This document shows, in pieces, positions 10,753 through 19,900 of a stretch of 64,000 nt of DNA. The stretch's first letter is position 1. Each line of letters starts with the position of its first letter. The stretch lies in assembly GCA_965204595.1 (NCBI GenBank), contig CBDBEW010000014.1, positions 405,034-469,033 of the forward strand. Reading direction: 5' to 3'. A program made the translations under genes and the position numbers. This stretch comes from Candidatus Aldehydirespiratoraceae bacterium (GTDB lineage: Bacteria > Actinomycetota > Acidimicrobiia > Acidimicrobiales > Aldehydirespiratoraceae). The notes under the pieces were generated by a model, which saw nothing but the letters and a program-made list of their open reading frames with translations, was not told where the DNA came from and did no database searches.

Positions 10753-11756
10753 GCCGTTACCTTGTCGCTGGTGTCGACATTGATGCTGCGAACTCACTCG
10801 TCGGTCGGTTTGCGCCGTTGGTGGCAACAACCAAAACACCTGCGGTTCGATCTGATATTGGTGCCTTTGGAGGGCTTTTTGCGGCAGATGAAATCGGTGA
10901 GGGCAAGGTGTTGGTGGCTTCAACTGACGGTGTGGGCAGCAAGGCAACATTAGCAGCACACCACGGTCGCTACAAGGGATTAGGGTTCGATTTGTTGAAC
11001 CATTGCGTTAATGACATTTTGGTGCAGGGTGCTGCCCCACTGTTTTTTCTGGATTACATCGCTGCCGCATCTCTGCAAGCAGACGCGGTGCTGTCGATAG
11101 TTGAAGGTCTTTGTGAGGCAGCACAAGCAGTGCAGTGCGCGGTTTTGGGTGGGGAAACCGCGGAGATGCCAGGTGTTTATCACCCGGGGACTCTCGATAT
11201 TGTCGGCACTATTGTTGGTCTCGTCAACAACCACGACTTGTTACCACAAACTAAACGTCTAGTTGAGGGTGACTTACTTGTTGGTTTGGCGAGCGATAGC
11301 CCCCACACCAACGGCTACTCGCTCATTCGTGCATTGCTAGCAAATCGTGCGGTTGCCTCAGAGATGCTGGATTATCTCCTGACACCGCATCGCTGTTACC
11401 TGCACGACATAGCTGATTTGCAAAACGCCGGCTTACACCCCAAAGCTCTGGCACACATTACAGGTGGGGGAGTGATTGATAACGTTCCACGTGTGTTACC
11501 CCAGGGACTTAAGGCACAAATTGAGCTGTCTAGGTGGCCTGTGCCTCAGGAGTTTCGTGTTCTAGTTGATTGGGCACAAATTGATGATGAAGAAGCTTTT
11601 AGAGTATGGAACATGGGGATTGGCATGGTTGTGATCGTCGGACAAGACCAAAGCGAACTGCTGACTAGACTGGACTTGCCCGTCGTGGGGAGACTGTTGA
11701 AGGGTGCTAACCCAACTGATGAGCCAAATGTTTCATTTGCGGGGCATTGGCGGTGA
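10749..11756 (+). CDS. purM: AIR synthetase
   Basis: GAFGGLF and LVASTDGVGSK motifs. ATGA overlap with purD. Confidence 0.92.
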   Translation: MSRYLVAGVDIDAANSLVGRFAPLVATTKTPAVRSDIGAFGGLFAADEIGEGKVLVASTDGVGSKATLAAHHGRYKGLGFDLLNHCVNDILVQGAAPLFFLDYIAAASLQADAVLSIVEGLCEAAQAVQCAVLGGETAEMPGVYHPGTLDIVGTIVGLVNNHDLLPQTKRLVEGDLLVGLASDSPHTNGYSLIRALLANRAVASEMLDYLLTPHRCYLHDIADLQNAGLHPKALAHITGGGVIDNVPRVLPQGLKAQIELSRWPVPQEFRVLVDWAQIDDEEAFRVWNMGIGMVVIVGQDQSELLTRLDLPVVGRLLKGANPTDEPNVSFAGHWR

Positions 11757-12364
11757 GAAGGCAACTAGTGGTGCTCGCCTCGGGCAATGGATCTAACTTA
11801 CAAGCACTACTCGATGCCATCGACGACGGTCGTCTTGTTGCTGAAATAACGGCGGTGTTTGTCAACCGCAAGCAAACAAAGGCCCAACAACGAGCACAAG
11901 AAAACAACATTAGCAACCAATATTTTGGCTTAGCTCCCTACCTAGCATCTGCATCGACTGGTGCTGCTGCACGCCAGCAATACGACACCGACTTGGCTGC
12001 AAAGATTAGCGTGTACCAACCAGACCTAATAGTCTTAGCGGGATGGATGCATTTGCTGTCGCTGGCGTTTTTGCACCATTTTCCGCAGCGAGTGATCAAC
12101 TTGCATCCTGCATTACCGGGAGAGTTTCCCGGGCCAACAGCGATCAGCGATGCTTGGCAGGCACACCTTAAGCACCGCCTGCAACGATCGGGGGTGATGG
12201 TGCATATGCTTGAAGACGAACGGGTGGACGAGGGTGAAGTGCTGGCTTGCGAGCAAGTCCCCTTTCATCCCAACGACACCCGCGAGAGTTTTGAGGCTCG
12301 GATGCACCGCGCTGAACACAAGCTAATCGTTGAGGCTGTCGACACATTATTGGCCAAGATGTGA
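11753..12364 (+). CDS. purN: GAR formyltransferase
   Basis: VVLASGNGSNLQALLDA and INLHPALPG motifs. GTG at 11753 overlaps the purM stop (GTGA). The in-frame TTG at 11747 is an alternative start. Confidence 0.88.
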   Translation: MRRQLVVLASGNGSNLQALLDAIDDGRLVAEITAVFVNRKQTKAQQRAQENNISNQYFGLAPYLASASTGAAARQQYDTDLAAKISVYQPDLIVLAGWMHLLSLAFLHHFPQRVINLHPALPGEFPGPTAISDAWQAHLKHRLQRSGVMVHMLEDERVDEGEVLACEQVPFHPNDTRESFEARMHRAEHKLIVEAVDTLLAKM

Positions 12365-13272
12365 GCACCATCAAGCCAAATAGTTCCGACAAATCATTGT
12401 CAAGGATACGTCTCTATTGGTTGGGGATCCGGCCAGCTACGCTTGGTGCTGCGGTTGTGCCTGTGGCGGTTGGTTCGGCCACTGCGGTGGGCATGGCCAT
12501 GAATTGGTGGCGCAGCATTTTGGCACTCGTGGTTGCATTGGCCTTACAGGTAGCGGTGAACCTAGCCAACGATTACTCAGACGGTGTTCGTGGTGCTGAC
12601 GACGACAGGCGTATTGGTCCACAGCGATTAGTGGGTTCTGGTCTGCTGGCAGCCGTTGTTGTGAAACGCGCCGCTGTTGGCGCGTTTTTCATTGCTGGCA
12701 TGGCGGGGTTAGCGTTAGCAATAGTGGTGGGTCCAGAACTACTGGTGCTTGGCGTGATGTGTCTCTTGGCTGGTTGGGCATACACAGGTGGCCCACGCCC
12801 TTATGGCTACTATGGGTTGGGCGAGGTGTTTGTTTTTGTGTTTTTCGGGTTGGTGGCAGTTGCAGGCACACACTACGTTCTTGTTGAACGCGTGGACGGA
12901 TTGGTTGTTAGTTGTGCCGTGGTGGTTGGATTGTGGGCCACATCATTGTTGGTTATCAACAATTTGCGTGACACAGATGGAGACAAATCAGTTGGCAAAA
13001 TGACTTTGGCCGTGCGCTTGGGTGACAAGCGAACCCGACAGTTTTATGTTGGTCTGCAATTAGCTGCCATGTTAGGGTGCGTGACGATCACCGTTGTCAC
13101 ATCTCGACTAGCTATAGCTGCGCTGTTGGGCACACCATTGGTGGTTTCGGCTCTGCGTAGGCTTCGCGGCAATGCTAGGGGGTCAGAGTTGATCCCGCTA
13201 TTAGTAACCACCGCACGGATTCAACTTGTTTCTGGATTGGCTATGGCAGCCGGTATTGCCTTATCTGCATAA
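12361..13272 (+). CDS. menA: 1,4-dihydroxy-2-naphthoate polyprenyltransferase
   Basis: Polytopic UbiA-family membrane protein with an NLANDYSDGVRGADD motif. GTGA overlap with purN. Confidence 0.85.
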   Translation: MSTIKPNSSDKSLSRIRLYWLGIRPATLGAAVVPVAVGSATAVGMAMNWWRSILALVVALALQVAVNLANDYSDGVRGADDDRRIGPQRLVGSGLLAAVVVKRAAVGAFFIAGMAGLALAIVVGPELLVLGVMCLLAGWAYTGGPRPYGYYGLGEVFVFVFFGLVAVAGTHYVLVERVDGLVVSCAVVVGLWATSLLVINNLRDTDGDKSVGKMTLAVRLGDKRTRQFYVGLQLAAMLGCVTITVVTSRLAIAALLGTPLVVSALRRLRGNARGSELIPLLVTTARIQLVSGLAMAAGIALSA

Positions 13273-13967
13273 GCACTTCTACCTAAGGTGGCAGAAATGA
13301 GTTGTGCGCCGACAAACGTTCGTCTTCTGATGTTTGTGAAACCCGACTTATGGAGTTGTTGTTTAAGTTCTTGCCAAGGGGGAAGATAGGCGAGCGATTT
13401 GGGAAGGTATGCGTAGGCTTCTTTATCAGACAACAACGCACCGATTCTTGGAACTATCGTCTGAAAGTAGATTCGATGACCAAAGCGAAGTATTTTGTTT
13501 TCGGGTTCGCTTGCATCGAGTAGTGCTATTCTTCCGTTGGGTCGGACAATGCGAGCTAACTCAGCAAAGAACACATTCAGATCAACCAAGTTTCGCAAAG
13601 CGAACCCACAAACCGCTCCATCGGCCGATTGGTCTGCGAGGGGTAATGCCAAGAGATCGCCTTGTAGTAAGGGAGCATCGGTTCGAGCGGCCAAAAGCAT
13701 CCCCATCGACAGGTCAACGCCCATTGGTATCATAGAAGCACGTGAGATTTCGCGGCAGAGGTCAGCGGTGCCACAAGCCAAATCCATCACCACAGAACCA
13801 GTTGGTAGTTCCAAGTCAGCGACCGTCTTTTTGCGCCAATAGATGTCAAGACCAAAGGTGATGATGCGGTTCACGCGATTATAGCGTTTGGCGATACGGT
13901 CAAAAATCGATTTGACGGCTATTCTCTTAGCATCGCCTTGAGGCAGTTGCGGGTTTGATTCCTGCAT
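13221..13967 (-). CDS. menG: demethylmenaquinone methyltransferase (UbiE/MenG family)
   Basis: FDRIAKRYNRVNRIITFGLDIYWRK and VMDLACGTADL (SAM motif I). The 3' end overlaps the menA 3' end by 52 nt (convergent). Confidence 0.85.
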   Translation of the reverse strand: MQESNPQLPQGDAKRIAVKSIFDRIAKRYNRVNRIITFGLDIYWRKKTVADLELPTGSVVMDLACGTADLCREISRASMIPMGVDLSMGMLLAARTDAPLLQGDLLALPLADQSADGAVCGFALRNLVDLNVFFAELARIVRPNGRIALLDASEPENKILRFGHRIYFQTIVPRIGALLSDKEAYAYLPKSLAYLPPWQELKQQLHKSGFTNIRRRTFVGAQLISATLGRSAYADKAIPAAIANPETS

Positions 13968-13972
13968 TTAGC

Positions 13973-14608
13973 CTAGGGCTTGTAACGGTAGGCACGGTTA
14001 GTGTGGTGCTTAGTGAACCCAATTGAGTGGTAGGTGGCGTTGGCGGCAAAATTATCGGCTTCAACATACAACATGGCGCGATCAAGACCTGCTCCGCTGA
14101 GCCATTCAAGCCCGGCTAATGTCAACGCTTTCCCCAGTCCCCGCCCCACAAAGTCGGGGTCTAGGGCTATCACATAGATTTCACCTAACTTAGGGCTAGT
14201 GTCGTGGTGAATCTTTGTCCAACAAAATCCCATTAAGCGGTTTTCAGGGTTGTGAAGCAGTCGAAAACCGTCTTGGAGATACCAAGATTCGTGCGTTGTT
14301 TGGCGAAACCTTTCTGCAGTTAGTCGCCCTTGTTCGGGATGCCAATGAAAAGCTCGATTATTCACCCGCAAGAAGTCGTTTATGTCATTTTCGGTGAATG
14401 CTCTGGTGTGGATGCCCGAAGGTGCTTGTGGGAGTGAGCAGCGCAGTTGCCATAGGTCACGATACGGTGCAAAATTCGCAGCTCGCGCGATTGCGTCAAG
14501 TTGCGCATTGACTTGATGAAGCCAAAGTTGCGCTGAGTCATGCGGGTGCTCTGATAGCCAACTGTCAAGAGCACTTTGCAGGTCAAGGTCTTGGTTACTT
14601 TCTGGCAT
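13973..14608 (-). CDS. GNAT-family N-acetyltransferase (MshD-like?)
   Basis: GNAT motif A (VGRGLGKALTLAGLEWL). I placed the start at the ATG at 14608 (MPESNQ...). The track start at 14725 would overlap the divergent nth gene. Confidence 0.6.
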   Translation of the reverse strand: MPESNQDLDLQSALDSWLSEHPHDSAQLWLHQVNAQLDAIARAANFAPYRDLWQLRCSLPQAPSGIHTRAFTENDINDFLRVNNRAFHWHPEQGRLTAERFRQTTHESWYLQDGFRLLHNPENRLMGFCWTKIHHDTSPKLGEIYVIALDPDFVGRGLGKALTLAGLEWLSGAGLDRAMLYVEADNFAANATYHSIGFTKHHTNRAYRYKP

Positions 14609-14684
14609 AGTCAACACCCAACGGTATTCACCTTCTTTTGGCTGCACAACAGTTAGGGTCACGGTGCTAGCGTAACTAGAGAGT

Positions 14685-15326
14685 ATGACAAAACCACGGT
14701 CACCACAGGGGCGCGCTCGCCTCACCCACGAGCGTCTAGCACACGAATACCCGAAAGCACAATGTGAACTAGATCACAAAAACGCTTTTCAACTATTGGT
14801 GGCCACAATCTTGTCTGCACAAGCAACAGATGTGGGGGTAAACAAAGCCACCCCCGCCTTGTTTGCTGCCTTCCCAGACCCATATGCTTTAGCTGCTGTA
14901 GATGCATCTGAGGTTGAGCCATATGTCAACACCATTGGCTTGTTCCGTCAGAAGTCAAAGAGTTTGGTAAAGATGGCTCGCTTGTTGGTTGATGATTATT
15001 CAGGTGAGGTGCCTTCAAGTATGCGGGATTTGGTGCGATTACCGGGGGTAGGACGAAAAACTGCCAACGTGGTTCGTAGCGTTGCCTTGAATTTGCCGGG
15101 GCTACCAGTTGATACTCACGTGACCAGATTGTCGAATTTGTTGAAGTTGACTAGCGAAACTGACGCGGTGAAGATTGAACTCGCACTCAATCCAATGATT
15201 CCAAGATATGAGCGTGGTGAGTTCAGCCTGCGTGTGATTTTGCACGGCCGCCGTGTTTGTATCGCGCGACGGCCTCGCTGTGCTGATTGTGTTTTAAACG
15301 ATTTTTGCCCTTCCAAAAAAATTTAA
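14685..15326 (+). CDS. nth: endonuclease III
   Basis: VATILSAQATD motif, HhH LPGVGRKTANVV, and a C-terminal C-x6-C-x2-C-x5-C cluster (CIARRPRCADCVLNDFC). Confidence 0.9.
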   Translation: MTKPRSPQGRARLTHERLAHEYPKAQCELDHKNAFQLLVATILSAQATDVGVNKATPALFAAFPDPYALAAVDASEVEPYVNTIGLFRQKSKSLVKMARLLVDDYSGEVPSSMRDLVRLPGVGRKTANVVRSVALNLPGLPVDTHVTRLSNLLKLTSETDAVKIELALNPMIPRYERGEFSLRVILHGRRVCIARRPRCADCVLNDFCPSKKI

Positions 15327-15396
15327 TTTATTAATGTGGGTGCGAATGCGAAACTTTTCGTGTAGTGTTCTTGCTGTTGCTACTTTAAATGGCGTT

Positions 15397-15457
15397 GGTC
15401 GGGTTTGAACAACCCGACCGGTTCGGCGATACGCGGGATCCGCCGCCCCGTATCGCC
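15397..15457 (+). other. two consecutive GC-rich stem-loops in the nth-hisD spacer
   Basis: Hairpin 1 is GGTCGGGTT/AACCCGACC (15397-15419, 9-bp perfect stem, 5-nt loop). Hairpin 2 is GGCGATACG/CGTATCGCC (15425-15457) with an inner GGG/CCC extension and a C-rich loop. Confidence 0.4.
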
Positions 15458-15459
15458 TT

Positions 15460-15499
15460 GCGGTGGCCTCTGTGCACAGAGGCCACCGCATTCTCTTTA
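15460..15499 (+). terminator. candidate intrinsic terminator after nth
   Basis: Perfect 13-bp stem GCGGTGGCCTCTG/CAGAGGCCACCGC (15460-15489, loop TGCA) followed by ATTCTCTTTAAAA. Confidence 0.5.
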
Positions 15500-15541
15500 A
15501 AACGAGCCTCAGCACCATACCAACAACGCTAGTGTTGGGGG

Positions 15542-16828
15542 GTGCTTAAAAAAATTGACCTACGCAATAGCACTGGCGATGTTGCCGTTCATCTGCCGAG
15601 ACCAACGATACCTAACAGTTCTCCAATGCACGCTGTTGTTGAGATTATCGAAGAAGTGAAACAAAAAGGTGATCAGGCACTTTTTAACTTCACTAGACGT
15701 TTTGATAACGCAACACTCGATTCGTTGCGCGTGGAACCAAGTGTTATCAAACGCGCTCCCTCTCTAATCAATGGCGAGACCTGCCAAGCACTAAAAGTGG
15801 CTGCAGAACGTATCGCTGCCTACCACAAACAACAGATTCCGCGAGACATCCACACCAACATTGATGGCTTGCAACTGCTAGGAAGCCACCGTCCTGTGGG
15901 CCGGGTTGGTTGCTATGTGCCGGGTGGCAGGGCAGCCTATCCTTCCACTTTGCTAATGACCGCAGTGGTGGCAAGAGTGGCAGGAGTTCCCGAAGTGGTG
16001 GTGTGTGTGCCTCCAAATTCGTTAGGACGTGTGGCAGATGTTACCTTGGCAGCGGCTGCTATCGCGCAGGTGGATGAGGTGTATGCTGTTGGTGGTGCTC
16101 AAGCGATTGCGGCTTTGGCATACGGTACTGAAACAATCAAACCAGTTGACGTAATAGTTGGACCCGGCAACATTTATGTGGCTTTAGCTAAACAACAAGT
16201 CTCGGGGATAGTCGGGGTGCCATCTTCTTTTGCTGGTCCATCAGAAGTCGTGGTGGTGACCGACGGTTCTGCGCCAAGTGATTTCGCGGCGATTGATTTA
16301 ATAGTCCAAGCCGAGCACGGCCCAGATGGTTTGGCGTGGTTAGTGACCTGGAACGAACAACACCTCTCCTCGGTGCTCAGCGCACTTGAGAGGTTGGTTA
16401 GCCAATCTATTAGACAAAGTGATATTGAAGCAACTCTAGCTCACTGTGGTTACGCTGTTTTATGTGCTAATCCACAACAAGCTATGGCTGTTTGCAACCA
16501 CATCGCGCCCGAGCATTTGCAGCTACAAACAGCTAATCACGATGAACTACTTGCGTTGGTTAGAAATGCTGGTGCAGTATTTTGTGGTGCTTTCACACCT
16601 GCGTCACTCGGGGATTACATAGCCGGACCAAGCCATGTTTTGCCAACTAATGGCACCGCGCGGTTCGCTAGCGCGCTAACTGTGGACGACTTTATGAAAG
16701 ATGTTCACGTTGTTAGTGCCACCAAAGAAGGGATCGAACAGTTGGGCGTGCATGTTATGGCATTAGCCAATGCTGAAGGTCTTGACGCTCACGCCAGGTC
16801 AATACAAATGCGGCTTGACGCACTGTGA
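15542..16828 (+). CDS. hisD: histidinol dehydrogenase
   Basis: QAEHGPD motif and overall HisD pattern. GTG start after a G-rich RBS. Confidence 0.92.
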   Translation: MLKKIDLRNSTGDVAVHLPRPTIPNSSPMHAVVEIIEEVKQKGDQALFNFTRRFDNATLDSLRVEPSVIKRAPSLINGETCQALKVAAERIAAYHKQQIPRDIHTNIDGLQLLGSHRPVGRVGCYVPGGRAAYPSTLLMTAVVARVAGVPEVVVCVPPNSLGRVADVTLAAAAIAQVDEVYAVGGAQAIAALAYGTETIKPVDVIVGPGNIYVALAKQQVSGIVGVPSSFAGPSEVVVVTDGSAPSDFAAIDLIVQAEHGPDGLAWLVTWNEQHLSSVLSALERLVSQSIRQSDIEATLAHCGYAVLCANPQQAMAVCNHIAPEHLQLQTANHDELLALVRNAGAVFCGAFTPASLGDYIAGPSHVLPTNGTARFASALTVDDFMKDVHVVSATKEGIEQLGVHVMALANAEGLDAHARSIQMRLDAL

Positions 16829-17901
16829 TGCCTTCTCGCCCCACTCCTCGCGAATCTATAGCTTTACAAAAGGGTTATCATTCACCTCAACTAGACGTTG
16901 AGATACGTTTGAATACTAATGAGAGTCCTGTTCCACCGCCAGATGAGTTTCGCGAAGCATTAGCGAAAGCAACTGCACAAGTAACTTGGAATCGTTATCC
17001 CGATCGCAAGGCCGGTGAACTACGGAGTCGCATCGCTGCATTTCATGGTGTAAAACTTGATCAAATATTTGTGGCAAACGGATCAAATGAAGTGCTACAG
17101 ACTCTGCTGCTGACTTACGGTGGCAAGGGTCGTTGTGCTGCGGTATTTGAGCCAACCTACGCGTTGCATTCTCACCTCACAAAAATATCTGGCACCCGCT
17201 TGGCTATTGGCACCCGCACAAATAGCTTGCAACTTGACCTTAGTGAAATAGAGCGTCTTGTGGCCAAGGAGCAACCTGATGTGACATTTCTTTGCTCTCC
17301 CAATAACCCGACCGGTATTGTTGATCCTTTAGTTGACATCGAAGCGGTGTTAGCGATGGTCACGAAGCAAGGTTCTTTGTTGTGTGTGGATGAAGCGTAT
17401 GGAGAGTTTTGTGAGCAAAGTGTACAATCTCTGTTAGTTGATGACGTTCCCTTGGTGGTTTTGCGAACATTTTCTAAGATTTGGGCCCTGGCTGCGGCCC
17501 GACTTGGATACTTGATTGGACCATCCTGGTTGATTGAACAACTTTGGAAGGTGGTGTTGCCTTATCATCTCAACTCGGTTTCACAAATCGCAGGCTGCAT
17601 AGCGTTTGATTATGTTGACGCAATGCAAGAACGAGTGAGCCAATTAGTGGAACAACGAGAGCGTCTGATTACTGAGATGGGCGAGTTAGGATTAGAGGTG
17701 TGGCCAAGCGGAGCGAACTTTGTCCTTTTTCGAGCCAAGCATGTCGCAGGTGAAGCGTTGTGGAGTTCGCTTCTTGAGAAGTCAGTGCTGGTGCGAAACT
17801 GTGCGACATGGCCCCGCCTTGAAGGTTGCTTAAGGGTAACCATTGGCACCCCAGATGAAAATGACCGATTCTTAGAAGCACTAAGCGAGGCATTGAAATG
17901 A
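16825..17901 (+). CDS. hisC: histidinol-phosphate aminotransferase
   Basis: LNTNESP motif and the TFSKIWALAAARLGY PLP-lysine motif. Overlaps the hisD stop. Confidence 0.9.
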   Translation: MMPSRPTPRESIALQKGYHSPQLDVEIRLNTNESPVPPPDEFREALAKATAQVTWNRYPDRKAGELRSRIAAFHGVKLDQIFVANGSNEVLQTLLLTYGGKGRCAAVFEPTYALHSHLTKISGTRLAIGTRTNSLQLDLSEIERLVAKEQPDVTFLCSPNNPTGIVDPLVDIEAVLAMVTKQGSLLCVDEAYGEFCEQSVQSLLVDDVPLVVLRTFSKIWALAAARLGYLIGPSWLIEQLWKVVLPYHLNSVSQIAGCIAFDYVDAMQERVSQLVEQRERLITEMGELGLEVWPSGANFVLFRAKHVAGEALWSSLLEKSVLVRNCATWPRLEGCLRVTIGTPDENDRFLEALSEALK

Positions 17902-18512
17902 TCAAAGCCGAGACCACCAGAATGCAACGAAGCGCCATCCTAAACCGCCAGACCAAAGAAACCACCATTGCCATATCTCTAGTTCTTGACGGCAAAGGAG
18001 TAACCAACGTTGATACAGGTTTGCCGTTCTTTGATCACATGCTCGACCAACTGGGTAAGCACGCATCTTTTGACCTCAACATTAAAGCTCAAGGAGACAT
18101 CGAAGTTGATGCACATCACACCGTTGAAGACGTGGGCATAGTTTTAGGCGAAACCTTAGCTCGCGCTCTAGGTGCGAAACGAGGTGTGCGTAGGTTTTCG
18201 TCAACGGTGGTGCCACTTGATGAAGCTGCCGTTGAGGTGGTGCTAGACCTCTCAGGACGTCCCTTTTTGCATTACGAAATAGATTTTCCTGGCGAAAAAA
18301 TACTAGGCGATCCACCATTTGATCCCCAACTAGCAGAAGAATTCTGGCGTGCTCTGACGATGGCTGCAGGCGTGACTCTGCACATCGTGTTGCAGCGAGG
18401 AAAAAACACCCACCATATTATTGAGGCATCCTTCAAAGGAGTTGCTAGAGCACTGCGTGATGCAGTCAAGATAGAAGGTGACAGCTTACCTAGCACCAAA
18501 GGCAAGCTATAA
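17898..18512 (+). CDS. hisB: imidazoleglycerol-phosphate dehydratase
   Basis: DAHHTVEDVGI and HHIIEASFK motifs. ATGA overlap with hisC. Confidence 0.92.
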   Translation: MIKAETTRMQRSAILNRQTKETTIAISLVLDGKGVTNVDTGLPFFDHMLDQLGKHASFDLNIKAQGDIEVDAHHTVEDVGIVLGETLARALGAKRGVRRFSSTVVPLDEAAVEVVLDLSGRPFLHYEIDFPGEKILGDPPFDPQLAEEFWRALTMAAGVTLHIVLQRGKNTHHIIEASFKGVARALRDAVKIEGDSLPSTKGKL

Positions 18513-18515
18513 GCG

Positions 18516-19172
18516 ATGAAGCCACAACCGGCAGATACTAGCTCAAGTCGGCCACTAATAGCGGTGCTTGATTACGGCATTGGAAATCTGCGTTCAGCAC
18601 AAAAAGGCTTTGAGTTCGTTGGAGCCGACACCCGCCTGACTGCCGATAGGCAACTAATCAACGATGCCTGCGCGCTGGTTCTCCCTGGTGTTGGGGCTTT
18701 TGGGCCGGCGATGCGAGAAATGCGAGCGAGAGGGCTTGATGAAGTAGTGCTTGAACGGATAGCTGCCGGTGTGCCATTTTTTGGAATTTGCGTTGGCATG
18801 CAAATGCTCTTTTCTGCTTCAGATGAGGCACCTAACGTTGCTGGCTTGTCAGTTTTTCCCCAAAAGGTTCGCCTCTTGTCCTCTGCGGTCAAACGCCCGC
18901 AGATTCAATGGAACAAGCTCAAAATAGAACGACCACACCCTATGTTTGCCCATCTTGATCAACAGCCGTGGCTGTATTTTGTCCATTCCTATGCCGGCGA
19001 CTGGAGCGATGAAGTGATCGCGAGTTGCGATTACGGTGGTGCTGTGCCCGCTGCTGTGGCACGCAACAATGTCTGGGCAGCGCAGTTTCATCCCGAAAAA
19101 TCCAGCGTTGCCGGATTACAGATTCTCGCCAACTTTGTTGTTCACGCTCAAATGAATTCACCCGTTACCTAG
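18516..19172 (+). CDS. hisH: imidazole glycerol phosphate synthase, glutaminase subunit
   Basis: GICVGMQ nucleophile and QFHPEKS motif. Confidence 0.92.
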   Translation: MKPQPADTSSSRPLIAVLDYGIGNLRSAQKGFEFVGADTRLTADRQLINDACALVLPGVGAFGPAMREMRARGLDEVVLERIAAGVPFFGICVGMQMLFSASDEAPNVAGLSVFPQKVRLLSSAVKRPQIQWNKLKIERPHPMFAHLDQQPWLYFVHSYAGDWSDEVIASCDYGGAVPAAVARNNVWAAQFHPEKSSVAGLQILANFVVHAQMNSPVT

Positions 19173-19174
19173 TA

Positions 19175-19900
19175 ATGGAATTGTATCCAGCGATCGATAT
19201 TTTGGGTGGCAAATGCGTACGCCTGCACCAAGGAGATTACGGTGCTGAAACTGTCTATGGGGCTGATCCACTAATGCAGGCTTGGTCTTTCGTGGACGCG
19301 GGAGCGTCTTGGCTGCATGTGGTTGACTTGGATGCTGCCCGCACTGGGGTTGCTGCTAACCAACCAATTATTGCAGCCATTACCCGTGAACTACCTGTGC
19401 CCGTGCAAACGGGTGGTGGTGTGCGCAGTGAGGAACTAGCTCACGCTCTCTTTGATGTGGGTGTGGAGCGCGTGGTGGTTGGCACAGCAGCTTTGTCCGA
19501 CCCAGAGATGGTTGTTCGTTTAGCCAACAATCATCGGGTAGCGGTTGGACTTGACAGCCGCAGCGGGCAAGTAGCCACAGATGGTTGGCTAGTCAACTCT
19601 AGTCGCACCGCAAGCGATGTTGTTCAATCCTTTGCCGACAGTGCCGTTGATGCCTTTGTGGTGACCGATATTGACAGAGACGGCACTCTTGAGGGGCCAG
19701 AGTTGGCTCAGTTGCTTGAAATTCTTGAAATCACAGACAAAGATGTGATCGCAAGTGGGGGAGTGGGCACTCTCAACGATCTGCGTGTCTTGGCTGGCTT
19801 AGAGGGGCAGGGGCACCGTCTCAGCGGAGTCATTGTGGGTAAAGCCCTTTACGAAGGTTGCTTTGACATAGCTTCTGCGCTTGCGTTGTTGAGTGGTTGA
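19175..19900 (+). CDS. hisA: ProFAR isomerase (HisA or PriA type)
   Basis: [18 protein letters not shown]-terminus. The ATG at 19175 lies 3 nt after the hisH stop. The 50-codon upstream extension in the track overlaps hisH and is Cys/Arg-rich noise. Confidence 0.9.
   Translation: MELYPAIDILGGKCVRLHQGDYGAETVYGADPLMQAWSFVDAGASWLHVVDLDAARTGVAANQPIIAAITRELPVPVQTGGGVRSEELAHALFDVGVERVVVGTAALSDPEMVVRLANNHRVAVGLDSRSGQVATDGWLVNSSRTASDVVQSFADSAVDAFVVTDIDRDGTLEGPELAQLLEILEITDKDVIASGGVGTLNDLRVLAGLEGQGHRLSGVIVGKALYEGCFDIASALALLSG

Noticed and set aside
1091-12871. Many 60-160-aa ORFs in the track lie antisense to or out of frame with the pur/men genes (e.g. 1091-1402 -, 2631-2879 -, 6419-6724 -, 7004-7321 -, 9351-9839 -, 12437-12622 -).
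   Set aside because: Each lies entirely within a strongly supported gene on the other strand or frame. Their compositions are Arg/Ser/Cys/Pro-rich shadow-ORF patterns with no motifs.
15397-15489. I considered whether the three hairpins are a known actinobacterial sRNA (e.g. 6C RNA) or a riboswitch/T-box leader for the his operon.
   Set aside because: Only one loop is C-rich. I cannot see the conserved cores of 6C, T-box or any riboswitch I know. I kept it as unexplained structure plus a likely terminator rather than naming a family.
19025-19174. Long N-terminal extensions of track ORFs: hisA (19025), ygfZ-like (23570), trpA (26323), purE (6358), pafA (53307), thyX-like (46196) and the vWA gene (32917).
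   Set aside because: The extensions overlap the preceding gene and translate to Cys/Arg-rich nonsense. In-frame starts that give classic N-termini and ATGA/GTGA couplings exist further downstream.
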